64,000 nt of DNA from Candidatus Helarchaeota archaeon (lineage in GTDB: Archaea; Asgardarchaeota; Lokiarchaeia; Helarchaeales; RDOG01): contig JALGVI010000006.1 of the NCBI GenBank assembly GCA_029838215.1, positions 1 through 64,000 on the forward strand. Direction: 5' to 3'. Position 1 is the stretch's first letter. The number at the start of each line of letters is the position of its first letter. The notes under the pieces are model-generated. The model did no database searches, was not told the DNA's origin, and saw only the letters and a list, made by a program, of their open reading frames with translations. This document shows positions 27,955 through 38,136 of this stretch, in pieces. Position numbers and translations under genes: made by a program.

Positions 27955-29577
27955 ATGCCAGAAATTGATGAGTTGGAAAAAAAGATAAAAGAAAAAGACC
28001 GCCAAATTGAAGAGCTTCAAAAGATCAATTTCGATTCTCAAAACCTGCTAAAGAAATTATTAATGAGTGATGATCCGGAAATAAAACGGAAAACCCGTCT
28101 TGAACTGGAGAAAGAGAAAGAGATCAAGAAGATAAAAGCCACGCTTGAAAAGAAAGAAAAAGTAATCGAAGATTTAAAGCAGGAATTTGAAAAATTTAAA
28201 AAAGAGAAATTGGTCGAAGCAACGAAAGATGCGCAAGCCAAGATCATGAAGTCAGCCGTATCAAAGATTAAAGCTCTTCAAAAAGTGCTTGAAGAAAAAA
28301 ACGAAGAACTCATCGACTTGAGAAAAACAGTCAAGGACTGGAATAGAAAGTATTCGGATTTAGTAGTCAGGAATGAAGAAGAACTTTTCGAGAAAGAACG
28401 GGAAATTGAGAAGCTGGAAAAAGAATTCATATCATTTAAAGAAGAATTTGTATCAGAATTAAAAAATATTGAACGTGATGAAGAAATCATCAAGAATGCA
28501 CAATTACAAGCAGAAATCACGAAACTTCAGAAGGAAAATGAAAAGTTAAATAAGAAATTAACAACCTTGCAGGAAAAAATTAATACTCTTGAATCGACCA
28601 TTAAATCAAAAGATGAGGGAATCAAGGCTTTAGAAGCAAAACTAGATGCAAAAGAGCAGACATTGAATGCACTTCTTCTCGCAAAAGATTCGAATGAGGA
28701 CCTACAGCAAGGTCTACAAGAAATGAGAAAAGAATTAGAAAGGGATTTGGAAATTCGAATGCAAGAATTGGAAGGAACGAGACAAGACATCATCTATTGC
28801 TGCACGGAACTTGCACGCATTCCAAATCTTTCGGACGACGAAATAGAAGATTACCTTGATGATCTATTATTGATAAGCACGAAAGAAGAGCGACTCGCCG
28901 AAATAGAAAAAATAAGACGTTTGAGGACGGGAGAGCCAATGGAAACTGAGATCGAAACGATACCGAACGAGACATCCCAACCCTTAAAAAATGAATTGTT
29001 GGCTCAGAAAGAACAATTAACGCACGTTGCCACTCAATCAAGTCATGATGATGGAACGGTCTTATCAGGAAATGCTGAGGTCGATGCAGAATTAAAACAA
29101 TTAGATAATGAGCTAGATCAATTATTGGAAACAACGGAATCAAAAGAGAAAGTGACGATTGAAAACGAACCACTATTAAAACCTTCTGAGATCTTGGCAC
29201 AAATCCAAGGAGTTCGAGATCTCCCTCAACATAAGTCCGAGAAAAAAGATGAAGAAGAACCCGAATTGCTTACAAATGCACCTTATCCGAGTCCAGCAGT
29301 GAAAAAAGAAGATCACCGGGAACTCTTGAAACCAGTTGAATCCGAAGAACCCGAAGAAGAATTGCTAACGAATAAACCCTTATTTGAGATTGCAAAAGAA
29401 GAAGAATCATCAAATACTAAAGAAGCAGAATTATTGGCACAAATCAAGGAAAGAATTCCCGAGATTGGGGATGATGAGGCAGAAACACTAATGAGAGATC
29501 TCATTGATGAAATTCCTTCAATCCAAAAGGAAAAAATTGAGTTTTATCGAATGACAAAACAAATAGAATCAAATTAA
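27955..29577 (+). CDS. Coiled-coil protein with acidic low-complexity tail containing repeated short motifs
   Basis: About 270 aa of heptads; duplicated helical motif RIP..(S/G)DDE; repeats of ELLAQ, LLKP and ELLTN. Confidence 0.75.
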   Translation: MPEIDELEKKIKEKDRQIEELQKINFDSQNLLKKLLMSDDPEIKRKTRLELEKEKEIKKIKATLEKKEKVIEDLKQEFEKFKKEKLVEATKDAQAKIMKSAVSKIKALQKVLEEKNEELIDLRKTVKDWNRKYSDLVVRNEEELFEKEREIEKLEKEFISFKEEFVSELKNIERDEEIIKNAQLQAEITKLQKENEKLNKKLTTLQEKINTLESTIKSKDEGIKALEAKLDAKEQTLNALLLAKDSNEDLQQGLQEMRKELERDLEIRMQELEGTRQDIIYCCTELARIPNLSDDEIEDYLDDLLLISTKEERLAEIEKIRRLRTGEPMETEIETIPNETSQPLKNELLAQKEQLTHVATQSSHDDGTVLSGNAEVDAELKQLDNELDQLLETTESKEKVTIENEPLLKPSEILAQIQGVRDLPQHKSEKKDEEEPELLTNAPYPSPAVKKEDHRELLKPVESEEPEEELLTNKPLFEIAKEEESSNTKEAELLAQIKERIPEIGDDEAETLMRDLIDEIPSIQKEKIEFYRMTKQIESN

Positions 29578-29620
29578 ATTAATCATTGAAGAACGAGCTT
29601 CAATACAAGCCCGAATTCAA

Positions 29621-30865
29621 TCATTCAAGAGGAGGAAGGGTCTCTTTAAAAATCGTGAGTCCCAAAACGAACGCCGTGATGGCAAATACAATTACTATAA
29701 TTAAAACGAAGAGAAGGGGCACTCCAAAAATTAAGAAAGGAATGATGATGAATGGTGTCGCGAAAGACCCAATTTCATTTAAGAAACGAAAAATGCCGTA
29801 CGTGAAACCGCGCTTATTCTTAGGTGTGAGATCGGTCCAAACGCTCTCCACGCTGCTTCTCATAAATGAACTGGAACCTGCAGTTGCAAACACCAATAGA
29901 AAAATGGCGAGCGGAGCTGAAATCGCAAATGTCATCAAAGTTCCAAACGTGAAAAGCATCATGAACGCAAAAATAGTCACCAAAAAACTTCCGATAAGAG
30001 CAGAAACTTTACGACCTTTCTTATCGGAAATGTATCCAGCAACGATAAAAAATAACATCAACCCGAGGATTGAAGCGATGGTAACGAAAATATCTTCAGA
30101 ATCAGCAGGAATTAACAATAAAGGGAGCATTAGAGGAAGCGTGGTTGCAATAAAGCCCGTTTCAATGCTTTCCACGCTATAAGCAAATCCAAGAGTGGGG
30201 ATTAAATTTCGTTGCAAGATTAGGTCCTTGTAGGAGACATCTGCCTTATATGATTCATCGGTGGGAAGAGTTTCAGGTATTTTAAAATGTGCAATTAGAG
30301 TTCCGACGATACCAAGAACAAAACTGATGAGAAAAATGATGGTTTCAACCATGATTGGAATGATATTTTTTAAGACGAGTGAAATGACACCACCAATTAA
30401 TATTCCAACGATGTAAAGAGCATCACAATAGCTTTCTGCTTGACCGACTTTGTGATATTTTTCTGCAATATCACCTGCTAAGATGTTGAAACTTGTCATC
30501 ATGAAACCACGATGCAATCCAAACACCAAAAACCCAGCGATTGCAAGGGCGATTCCAGCAAAATTAGTAAGAAAAAAACAGAATGCCGCCAAAATGCTCA
30601 GGCTGCAACCGAGTACTAAAGTAAGTTTACGTCCTTTCAGATCGGCTAAATATCCAGTTGCAGGAGAAGCCACGCCCTTCATTAGCACGTGAAAACCCGT
30701 GATCAAAAAAACGAAAATCCAACCGTCGTAATTTATATTTCCACCGAAACTTGATACGAAAAGAGATGCCAAATATGGGCTTATCATGGCAAGCATGAGA
30801 CCCATTGGTAGTCCAAAAATGATATTACAATAAAAAGAACTTGCGATTTCTCGATAATAAGTCAT
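29621..30865 (-). CDS. MFS transporter
   Basis: 12 TM segments; GYLADLKGRK and GYISDKKGRK MFS motif A in both halves. Confidence 0.92.
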   Translation of the reverse strand: MTYYREIASSFYCNIIFGLPMGLMLAMISPYLASLFVSSFGGNINYDGWIFVFLITGFHVLMKGVASPATGYLADLKGRKLTLVLGCSLSILAAFCFFLTNFAGIALAIAGFLVFGLHRGFMMTSFNILAGDIAEKYHKVGQAESYCDALYIVGILIGGVISLVLKNIIPIMVETIIFLISFVLGIVGTLIAHFKIPETLPTDESYKADVSYKDLILQRNLIPTLGFAYSVESIETGFIATTLPLMLPLLLIPADSEDIFVTIASILGLMLFFIVAGYISDKKGRKVSALIGSFLVTIFAFMMLFTFGTLMTFAISAPLAIFLLVFATAGSSSFMRSSVESVWTDLTPKNKRGFTYGIFRFLNEIGSFATPFIIIPFLIFGVPLLFVLIIVIVFAITAFVLGLTIFKETLPPLE

Positions 30866-30923
30866 TTAAGCCCAATCCTCAAGATTTTACTGTAAAACAG
30901 AATAAAAAATTAAACCAGGCTGC

Positions 30924-31922
30924 TTGAAAGCTAATAACAATGTCTTTATTAATGAGACTGTTTTAAATTTTTTTATCATGCATCTAATTATCAACCCAAA
31001 ATCTGGTAATGGACGAACCGAGAAACGATGGTCTAAAGAGATCCAACCGTTATTAGACGAAGCAGGACTCAAGTATTCTTTTGAGATGACAGAATATCAA
31101 AATCATGCGACCGAATTGACGAGAATTGCAATAAAAAATGGTGAAAAATACATCATAGCCGTGGGTGGAGATGGGACTTTTAGTGAAGTTGTCAATGGTT
31201 TTTTTGAACATAACGAATTAATCAATCAGGACTGTGTCTTGGGACTCATTTCTAGTGGAACAGGTTCAGATAGCATAAGAACACTCGGGCATGAACGCGA
31301 TTTTCCATCCCAAATTGAGATTCTAAAAAGCGGAATCGTGAAGAAAATAGACTTGGTAAAGGCAAAATACAAAGATTTTGATGGGAACGATACCACGCGA
31401 ATTGGTTTTAACGTATTGGATGTAGGATTGGGAGGAGATGTCGTTGATAGAGTCAATCGGACCACAAAAGTCTTTGGTGGAAAATTTTCATTTTTAATTG
31501 GTTCTATTAGAGGCATCCTACACCACAAACCCACGCGGGTACGTCTTATTTTCGATGACAATGAAGAAAACGCTTATGAATGCAATGCAAACCTTGTTGT
31601 CATTGGAAACGGCAAGTATTTTGGAGGAGGAATGATGGCCTGTCCACACGCAATTAATGATGATGGGTTATTAGATATCCTCACAGCCGAAGGACTTTCA
31701 CGCATGCAATTATTAAAAAACATTGGGAAGTTATATTCAGGAGAACATTTGGGAGTACCGGGTATTAGAGAACATCCAAGATGTAAAAAAGTCCGAATTG
31801 AAGCGGAAACACCCATATTTTTGGATATAGACGGAGAGCAAGTTGGAACAACCGACTGTGAATTTCAGATACTCCCAAAAATTCTAAACTTAAAAACGAT
31901 CAATTCATCGAATCAGTCATAA
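30924..31922 (+). CDS. Diacylglycerol/lipid kinase family protein (YegS/BmrU); probable start ATG at 30978
   Basis: NPKSG, AVGGDGTFSE, GTGSD, GNGKYFGGG, DGLLD and DGE motifs. Confidence 0.93.
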   Translation: MKANNNVFINETVLNFFIMHLIINPKSGNGRTEKRWSKEIQPLLDEAGLKYSFEMTEYQNHATELTRIAIKNGEKYIIAVGGDGTFSEVVNGFFEHNELINQDCVLGLISSGTGSDSIRTLGHERDFPSQIEILKSGIVKKIDLVKAKYKDFDGNDTTRIGFNVLDVGLGGDVVDRVNRTTKVFGGKFSFLIGSIRGILHHKPTRVRLIFDDNEENAYECNANLVVIGNGKYFGGGMMACPHAINDDGLLDILTAEGLSRMQLLKNIGKLYSGEHLGVPGIREHPRCKKVRIEAETPIFLDIDGEQVGTTDCEFQILPKILNLKTINSSNQS

Positions 31923-32006
31923 GATAGATCCGTTCTAAAAACAAATTTTTTTTCTATTTCGATGAGCAAATAATTTATATCTGAAATTGATAGTCAAAAG
32001 AGTAAT

Positions 32007-32049
32007 ACATGATGATCAAAAAACCGTGACATGATGATCAAATCACGTG
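32007..32049 (+). promoter_or_regulatory. 22-bp-period tandem repeat upstream of the acyl-CoA synthetase gene (candidate operator)
   Basis: ACATGATGATCAAA occurs perfectly at 32007-32020 and 32029-32042; both units end in CGTG. Confidence 0.45.
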
Positions 32050-32105
32050 AATATGATTCTAACCATAACTAAACGTATTTTGTAAGAATTCAAGGAGTTT
32101 ATCAA

Positions 32106-33881
32106 ATGAAAACAAAAAATATTGGACTACACATTCATGAAGTTGCATTGAAACATCCAAAACAAAAAGCCATAATTCAAGGGGATAGAGTTTTAACATA
32201 TAAGGAATTTGATGATAGAGTGAATGCCTTGGCTCATTTATTGACGAGTATTGGCGTAAAAAAAGGTGATCACGTGGCAGTTCTTCTATACAACTGCCCT
32301 GAATATCTTGAAATCTATAATGCTTGTTATAGAATTGGTGCAGCCGTTGCAGGAATTAATTATCGGTACAAACCTCCTGAGATTCTCTACATCATTAATG
32401 ATGCAAAACCCAAAGTTTTCATTCATGGAGAAGAATTCACGAGTTCCGTTAGACAAATAAAAAAAGATTGCAAGAGCGTTGAACATTTTCTAATCGTTGG
32501 ATATGATACACCAGATGGCTACTTGAACTACGACAATGAATTGATAAAACACGTGGGAAAAGAGCTGCTAGCAATAGATTTAACAGAGGATGACAAGGCA
32601 TTTCTGATTTATACGGGAGGAACGACAGGGACTCCAAAAGGAGCAGTTTGGACGCACAAGGCAGTAAATGCACTCATTAATACAGGGGGATTCATGCAAT
32701 GGATGATTCCGATGTTCCGCCGTATCAAGGAAATGCCGCGCCAGATGCAAAAAAAATGTCTTAGAATGTTGCCATTTCCGTGGTTCTTGGGTGCATATCC
32801 AATATTATCAATCCTCCAAACAGAAAAGAGAGTAAAGGAACTTAATGATAAGCTTTATGAAGGAGCCACTCAAAATTATCCGAAAGGCACGTTAGCAGGA
32901 AAAGCCATCATTAAAAATGTCATGCTCTGGCCACCGCCACTATTTCACATCTATGGTTGGCTCTCACACTTGGTAATTTTCGCGGGTTCGACCTTGGTCC
33001 TAACAAAAAGTAGGAGATATGATCCGCAAGAAGTATTCGAACTCGTCAGAAAACATAAGGTCACGTTCATGATGACTATTGGGGATAAAACAGCTCGAGC
33101 ATTATTAAATGATCCAACATTAGACAAGAATAAAAAGTGGATCAACAAAAATGTCGTTGGAATCGTTTCAGGAGCAGCGATTTTCTCGGCTCAAACAAAG
33201 AAAAAATTATGGGAAGTTTTTCCAACATTAGGATTCTTGGATACAGTTGCTGCGACAGAGAGCATGCAACTCGTTCCTAAAGTTTACATTCCCGGAGATC
33301 GTGTATCGTCAAATGAATTCACGCGGTTACCTCCCGACCAGATGCGGATTGTGAATGAGAAGGGTGAAGATGTTAAGCCCGGTGAAATGGGCGAAGGCTA
33401 TTTCAAGGCAGGACCGACAATGAAAGAATATCTAGGAGCAAAAGAAAAAACGGCTAAAACAATAGTGGATGGCTGGATCCATAGCGGTGATTTGTACAAG
33501 CTTAACGAAAACGGAAAGACAATCACCTTAATAGGGAGAATAAAGGAGACCATAAATACCGGGGGCGAAAAAATCCATCCGCCCGAAGTGGAAGACGTTC
33601 TTGAGAAGCATCCAAAAGTTCTCGAAGCTGTTGTCATTGGAATTCCCGACCCGGAGTGGGGACAATCTGCTTTAGCCCTGATAATTCTGAAGAAAAAATA
33701 TGAAAATGAAAAAAATGAGGAAACCAAAAAAGAACTCATAGAATTCGTGAAAAGCAAGTTGGCACGCTATAAAGCACCGCGATTCATTGAATTTGTTGAT
33801 GCCTTTCCCACGAGTCCTGCAGGAAAGACCCTTCGGGGAAAACTGAAAAAGAAATATGAAAAATACGTAGAATTTGAGTAG
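32106..33881 (+). CDS. Acyl-CoA synthetase (AMP-binding) with a ~70-80-aa insertion
   Basis: YTGGTTGTPKG, PPLFH, SGDL, GRIKETINTGGEKIHPPEVE and GKTLR. Confidence 0.92.
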   Translation: MKTKNIGLHIHEVALKHPKQKAIIQGDRVLTYKEFDDRVNALAHLLTSIGVKKGDHVAVLLYNCPEYLEIYNACYRIGAAVAGINYRYKPPEILYIINDAKPKVFIHGEEFTSSVRQIKKDCKSVEHFLIVGYDTPDGYLNYDNELIKHVGKELLAIDLTEDDKAFLIYTGGTTGTPKGAVWTHKAVNALINTGGFMQWMIPMFRRIKEMPRQMQKKCLRMLPFPWFLGAYPILSILQTEKRVKELNDKLYEGATQNYPKGTLAGKAIIKNVMLWPPPLFHIYGWLSHLVIFAGSTLVLTKSRRYDPQEVFELVRKHKVTFMMTIGDKTARALLNDPTLDKNKKWINKNVVGIVSGAAIFSAQTKKKLWEVFPTLGFLDTVAATESMQLVPKVYIPGDRVSSNEFTRLPPDQMRIVNEKGEDVKPGEMGEGYFKAGPTMKEYLGAKEKTAKTIVDGWIHSGDLYKLNENGKTITLIGRIKETINTGGEKIHPPEVEDVLEKHPKVLEAVVIGIPDPEWGQSALALIILKKKYENEKNEETKKELIEFVKSKLARYKAPRFIEFVDAFPTSPAGKTLRGKLKKKYEKYVEFE

Positions 33882-33891
33882 TTGGTAAAAG

Positions 33892-34989
33892 ATGACTGTA
33901 AAATTGTGGAAAAAAGTCGCATCAAACGTCGTTAGGGGTGGAGCCATTCCGTTTCCGATAACAGACACGATCATTGAATTTCTACAAACGATAATGACGG
34001 AAGAACAAGCAAGATTCCTCCTGATCTTCAAACGGGCTTCCTTGAATTTAGAACAAATAAAATCAAAGGTGGACATGAGCGAAAGCGACATTCTCAAGAT
34101 GCTCGATTCTCTAATGAAGAATGGGATAATTTCGGGAACGAAAAGCCGTAGCAAAGGAATCATGGTTTATACGTTGATGCCGCCATTTCCAGGATTGATC
34201 GAGTTTTCCTTGATGAAAGGAGAGATGGGCGAGAAACAAAAGAAATTGGCAAGAATCTTTGAGAAGTTGGTGGGAGAACTACGGGATGGAACACAAAAAG
34301 TTTATGATGAAGTAATGGAACAGATGAAGAACTTTCCACCATTTTCTCGTGTAGTTCCTGTTGAGGAATGCGTGCAACCGGGTCAAGAAATAGTTTTACT
34401 CGCGGAAGACGTGTCCAAGCTCATAGATCATTACGAAACGATTGGTGTCGCTCATTGCTATTGCAAGCAGGAACGAACCTTGAATGGAGAACCATGTAAA
34501 GTTACTGATTCACGAGAACATTGCTTGTTATTTGGCAAGGCAGCCGAGTTTGCAACAGAACAGGGATTTGCCAGGAAGATCTCTCAAGAAGAAGCAAAGA
34601 AGATAATGAAAGAAAACGAAGATCTCGGATTGGTTCACAAGGTATTCCACGCTCAATTAAACATGAAAAAAGATATAGATGGGATTTGCAGCTGCTGTAA
34701 GTGTTGTTGCGGATTATTCCGTTTATATTATACGGGCGTCGCGCCATTTCATACGATGACGTCCTACATGGCAAGAATAAATGCCGATGAATGCGTTGGT
34801 TGCGGAACCTGCGTCGAAAAGTGCCCGATGGAAACTATCACCATAGAGGATAATTTAGCAGTCATTGGTCAAGAAAAGTGCATAGGATGCGGCGTGTGTG
34901 CACATCTTTGCCCACAAGGAGCCATAACCATAGACCGCACGGGTCCAAGAGAAGTGTTTCTCCTTCCTCCTAAAATCAATGCTGCCTAA
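33892..34989 (+). CDS. Multi-Fe-S protein (N-terminal HTH-like region, central Cys cluster, C-terminal 2x[4Fe-4S] ferredoxin)
   Basis: CYCK...C...C, CSCCKCCC, CVGCGTCVEKCP and CIGCGVCAHLCP. Confidence 0.88.
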   Translation: MTVKLWKKVASNVVRGGAIPFPITDTIIEFLQTIMTEEQARFLLIFKRASLNLEQIKSKVDMSESDILKMLDSLMKNGIISGTKSRSKGIMVYTLMPPFPGLIEFSLMKGEMGEKQKKLARIFEKLVGELRDGTQKVYDEVMEQMKNFPPFSRVVPVEECVQPGQEIVLLAEDVSKLIDHYETIGVAHCYCKQERTLNGEPCKVTDSREHCLLFGKAAEFATEQGFARKISQEEAKKIMKENEDLGLVHKVFHAQLNMKKDIDGICSCCKCCCGLFRLYYTGVAPFHTMTSYMARINADECVGCGTCVEKCPMETITIEDNLAVIGQEKCIGCGVCAHLCPQGAITIDRTGPREVFLLPPKINAA

Positions 34990-34995
34990 CTTTTT

Positions 34996-36309
34996 TTAAT
35001 CCTTTATCATTTCAATAAAGGCACCGATTCTGGTTTCGATTTGACCAAGATTTTCGTTCATGTTGTGAAATGAAATATCAACAATTGGCACGCCTAACTC
35101 GATCAAGCGATCTTTAAAGAGCTTGTAAGCAGGCGTGAAGCTCTTGCACCCATACACGCTATTAAATATCACGCCATCAAGTTTCAAATCCTCGACGATT
35201 TTCACCCAATGTTTTATCACGGTATTATTGTCAAGCCAATGCTCTGCAACGTTTATCAGGTATTTTGAATAATTTTCAATTGGATCGCCTGTTTCCTTTA
35301 TGGGATCTAAAACACCCAGTGAAACCCAATCCGCAAATAGGAGTCTACCGCCCAGATTACTTGTAATGGTCATTATTTCGGGTTCGAAGCCCCCAAACAT
35401 TGGGGCATGGAGGATTTTTGGCACGTCTGAAAGGTCTTTTTTACTATCACGTTTTAATTCCTTGGCCAGGTTCATCATTAATCGATCAAAATACTTGGAG
35501 CCTCTTCCCAGACGGTCTGGATAACCGAAATGTATCATTGAAAGAACGTAGATGAAAGCACGCGGATCAAGTGCTGTTATATCCTGAGCCCATATTTTAA
35601 GGATTTCAAGATAATTCCGTGATATTGAGTTATGAAGCTTGATTTCATCTCGAAGTGCTTCTTCAGAAAAAGGACGTTTTGTAAATTGTTCGATCTCTTT
35701 AATAACGCGTCGGACTTCGCTAATTTGATAAGGCAGGCTTTCTTCATTAATCTCTTGGGGAATATCAAGAAAAGTTAATGGCGTTGCACCAGCACAATCT
35801 TGAAAGAATTTAGTGAACCATCCGCATCTAGTACCATATCCAATGGAAAAATCAATATTTTTATAATGCTTCATCAAAGCACCATAATACACGCGCGTTC
35901 CAAAGCAGGCATCCATTGGAAAATTATTGTCATCGGATGATTTTATGTATTCACGGTAATTTTTCCAAAGTCCTCCAAGAATGCCTTCTTCAGCCATTTT
36001 ATCAAGGTATGGCTTGGCTATTGTCATATTAAGCAAACCTAAACCTCGAACTAGCGAGCGCCCCCCTAGGAGTGATCTTGCTAACCGCATCAATCGAAGT
36101 TCATTATCTGCAACGAAACTTCCCAATCGATACATCGATATAGATGTACAACCAGCAGCTTCTAGTAATTCTGTTCCTGGTGGAAGGATGATTGAGCAGG
36201 TGGTTTTGCCTCGGGTTTTTGCCATTCGAACCTGTTTTTCACCAGAATAATAATCCAACATTAATGTTAACGTGTGTTCCCGGAGAAAATTATCTATAAG
36301 ATCAGTCAT
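34996..36309 (-). CDS. 2-hydroxyacyl-CoA dehydratase / benzoyl-CoA reductase-like subunit (HGD-D family)
   Basis: Three dispersed Fe-S Cys (DAC, RCGWFTK, GCK) and the C-terminal GQIETRIGAFIEM motif. Confidence 0.85.
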   Translation of the reverse strand: MTDLIDNFLREHTLTLMLDYYSGEKQVRMAKTRGKTTCSIILPPGTELLEAAGCTSISMYRLGSFVADNELRLMRLARSLLGGRSLVRGLGLLNMTIAKPYLDKMAEEGILGGLWKNYREYIKSSDDNNFPMDACFGTRVYYGALMKHYKNIDFSIGYGTRCGWFTKFFQDCAGATPLTFLDIPQEINEESLPYQISEVRRVIKEIEQFTKRPFSEEALRDEIKLHNSISRNYLEILKIWAQDITALDPRAFIYVLSMIHFGYPDRLGRGSKYFDRLMMNLAKELKRDSKKDLSDVPKILHAPMFGGFEPEIMTITSNLGGRLLFADWVSLGVLDPIKETGDPIENYSKYLINVAEHWLDNNTVIKHWVKIVEDLKLDGVIFNSVYGCKSFTPAYKLFKDRLIELGVPIVDISFHNMNENLGQIETRIGAFIEMIKD

Positions 36310-37370
36310 TCAAGCATCTCCCTGAAAGCTTCTAAACGGGTCGTTATCTGCCCCGTACTTTGAGTATAGTCGCGTTCTAATTCTAGAACGGCAAAATCTT
36401 CATTCTTTAATTGATTTTTGACCGAATGTTTTGTTCCAACATAAGGATCACAAAACTTCAGCACGTGTAAGATAATACCTTTTATTTGCAGGCTTTTTGC
36501 CTGCGAGATGAGTTTTTGAACTCTTTGCGTTGTATCGAACATTCTAGACGAATAATGTTCGCTCAAATAGAAGTTGGCTAACGATTCAAGCGAGTCTCCA
36601 CCAGGGACTGCGTTTTCGTGATAAAAAATTGATTCGGAATCGTTGTATTTGATGAAAAATCCACATTCTTCTATGACATTTAAAATGGGATCACCAAAAC
36701 CAACATATGAACCAGTAAAAGCGATCTCAGGATCGCCCGAGGATTGCTTTTCAGCATCTCGTTCGTAATCATTAAGGCGTTGAAGAAGTCTTTCGGGACC
36801 TAGTAAATAAAACTCGTTTAAAATATCCTGAAAATCAGCACCCATTCCAAATTCTAAAGCATGTTTGTGAAGTTTTTCCCGAATCTGATTGTAAAGATTC
36901 ATGGACTGATGAATTTGTTCTTGCGAAATTTGCACGTTCAACGTTTTTTCGAGATTCTTTTTTAAATTTTGGAGAGACGTGCGATAAAATTGAATGGCTT
37001 TGGGATTGTTCACCCAAGGAATCGGCAAACGGATTAGCGGTATGTTAAAATATTTCGTAATGTACTCGGATCCACAAAGATCACCGTTGCAATAATTGCC
37101 ACCAATAAATGCATCAATAAGTGAGAGAAATTCGTGTCCTTCTTCTAAAAAACCAAGGATAGATCTTGTAAGTGGGCAAGTAATTGCCGTTAAATATTCC
37201 ATTCCTTTCATGCAGATTTCTTCGGATCCAGAAAAACTGATGCGCATGGGTAGTGCCCCACTGGCGTGAATGATTTCTTCAGGAACCATTTGATGAGCCA
37301 TGATGCCCACGATCTTGGTGCCATTTTCTTTTTTCTGCTTTAATTCTTCCAAAATTTCTAATTTATCCAA
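36306..37370 (-). CDS. 2-hydroxyacyl-CoA dehydratase / benzoyl-CoA reductase-like subunit (HGD-D family)
   Basis: VPEEIIHASG, TCPLTRS, YCNG, KFCDP and GQITTRLEAFREM; 4-bp overlap with the partner gene. Confidence 0.9.
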   Translation of the reverse strand: MDKLEILEELKQKKENGTKIVGIMAHQMVPEEIIHASGALPMRISFSGSEEICMKGMEYLTAITCPLTRSILGFLEEGHEFLSLIDAFIGGNYCNGDLCGSEYITKYFNIPLIRLPIPWVNNPKAIQFYRTSLQNLKKNLEKTLNVQISQEQIHQSMNLYNQIREKLHKHALEFGMGADFQDILNEFYLLGPERLLQRLNDYERDAEKQSSGDPEIAFTGSYVGFGDPILNVIEECGFFIKYNDSESIFYHENAVPGGDSLESLANFYLSEHYSSRMFDTTQRVQKLISQAKSLQIKGIILHVLKFCDPYVGTKHSVKNQLKNEDFAVLELERDYTQSTGQITTRLEAFREMLE

Positions 37371-37557
37371 GCAATCACTTCAAGAACTGATTTTGAGCAA
37401 TAATTCAATCGAGTTAGACAAAATTTTGTCTAGCACTAAAATAAATTGGACCTTAAAATACTTTTTACTTAGAATGTTTCATGACAATTACAAGAGATTC
37501 TAATAAAATCTTGCATTTGTTTGAATTATAACAAAATCTAGCCTTGAAGATGATAAA

Positions 37558-38133
37558 GTGCCTGATTCGAATTTAGAAAAAGAACATGATCAAGAATTTC
37601 CTCGCCCGGGGTCTGCGATTTATAACATGATCAAGAGCAATCCCGAGGAAAGGAAAAAAACGTTAAAAAAATGGAAACGCATGAACAAATATCTCACGAT
37701 TCCATTTTATCGAATTAGATTATTGCCATTATTTGGTTTTGGAAGGGTCTTTCTTTTATTGACAACGATTGGGCGAAAATCGGGGAAAATCCGCCGCACG
37801 CCATTGGAGTATCACCGGATCGATGGAAAGATTCACATATTTTCGGGCAGGGGAGAGGAAGCAGACTGGCTTAAAAACTTAAGGGCAAATCCAGATAAAG
37901 TCCATGTTCGATACGGATTCCATTCATTTAAACCAAAAATAGAAATAATTGAAGACAACAAAGAAAAAGAAAAAGTCCTTCATTGGTATGTTACCAAGCA
38001 TCCAAAAGCAGCAAAAATGCTTTTCGGATGGGATCCTAAACGTGATGATCCCGGTCAAGTTGATTTGTCTTCTCTAGAAGATATCATAACGATAATCAAG
38101 TTGCAGGAACCATCAACAGAACAGGAATCGTAA
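37558..38133 (+). CDS. Deazaflavin (F420)-dependent nitroreductase family protein
   Basis: LLLTTIGRKSGKIRRTPL and DWLKNLRANP motifs. Confidence 0.9.
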   Translation: MPDSNLEKEHDQEFPRPGSAIYNMIKSNPEERKKTLKKWKRMNKYLTIPFYRIRLLPLFGFGRVFLLLTTIGRKSGKIRRTPLEYHRIDGKIHIFSGRGEEADWLKNLRANPDKVHVRYGFHSFKPKIEIIEDNKEKEKVLHWYVTKHPKAAKMLFGWDPKRDDPGQVDLSSLEDIITIIKLQEPSTEQES

Positions 38134-38136
38134 AAA

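Noticed and set aside
29586-30182. 198-aa plus-strand ORF
   Set aside because: It lies antisense within a clear MFS transporter and has no motifs.
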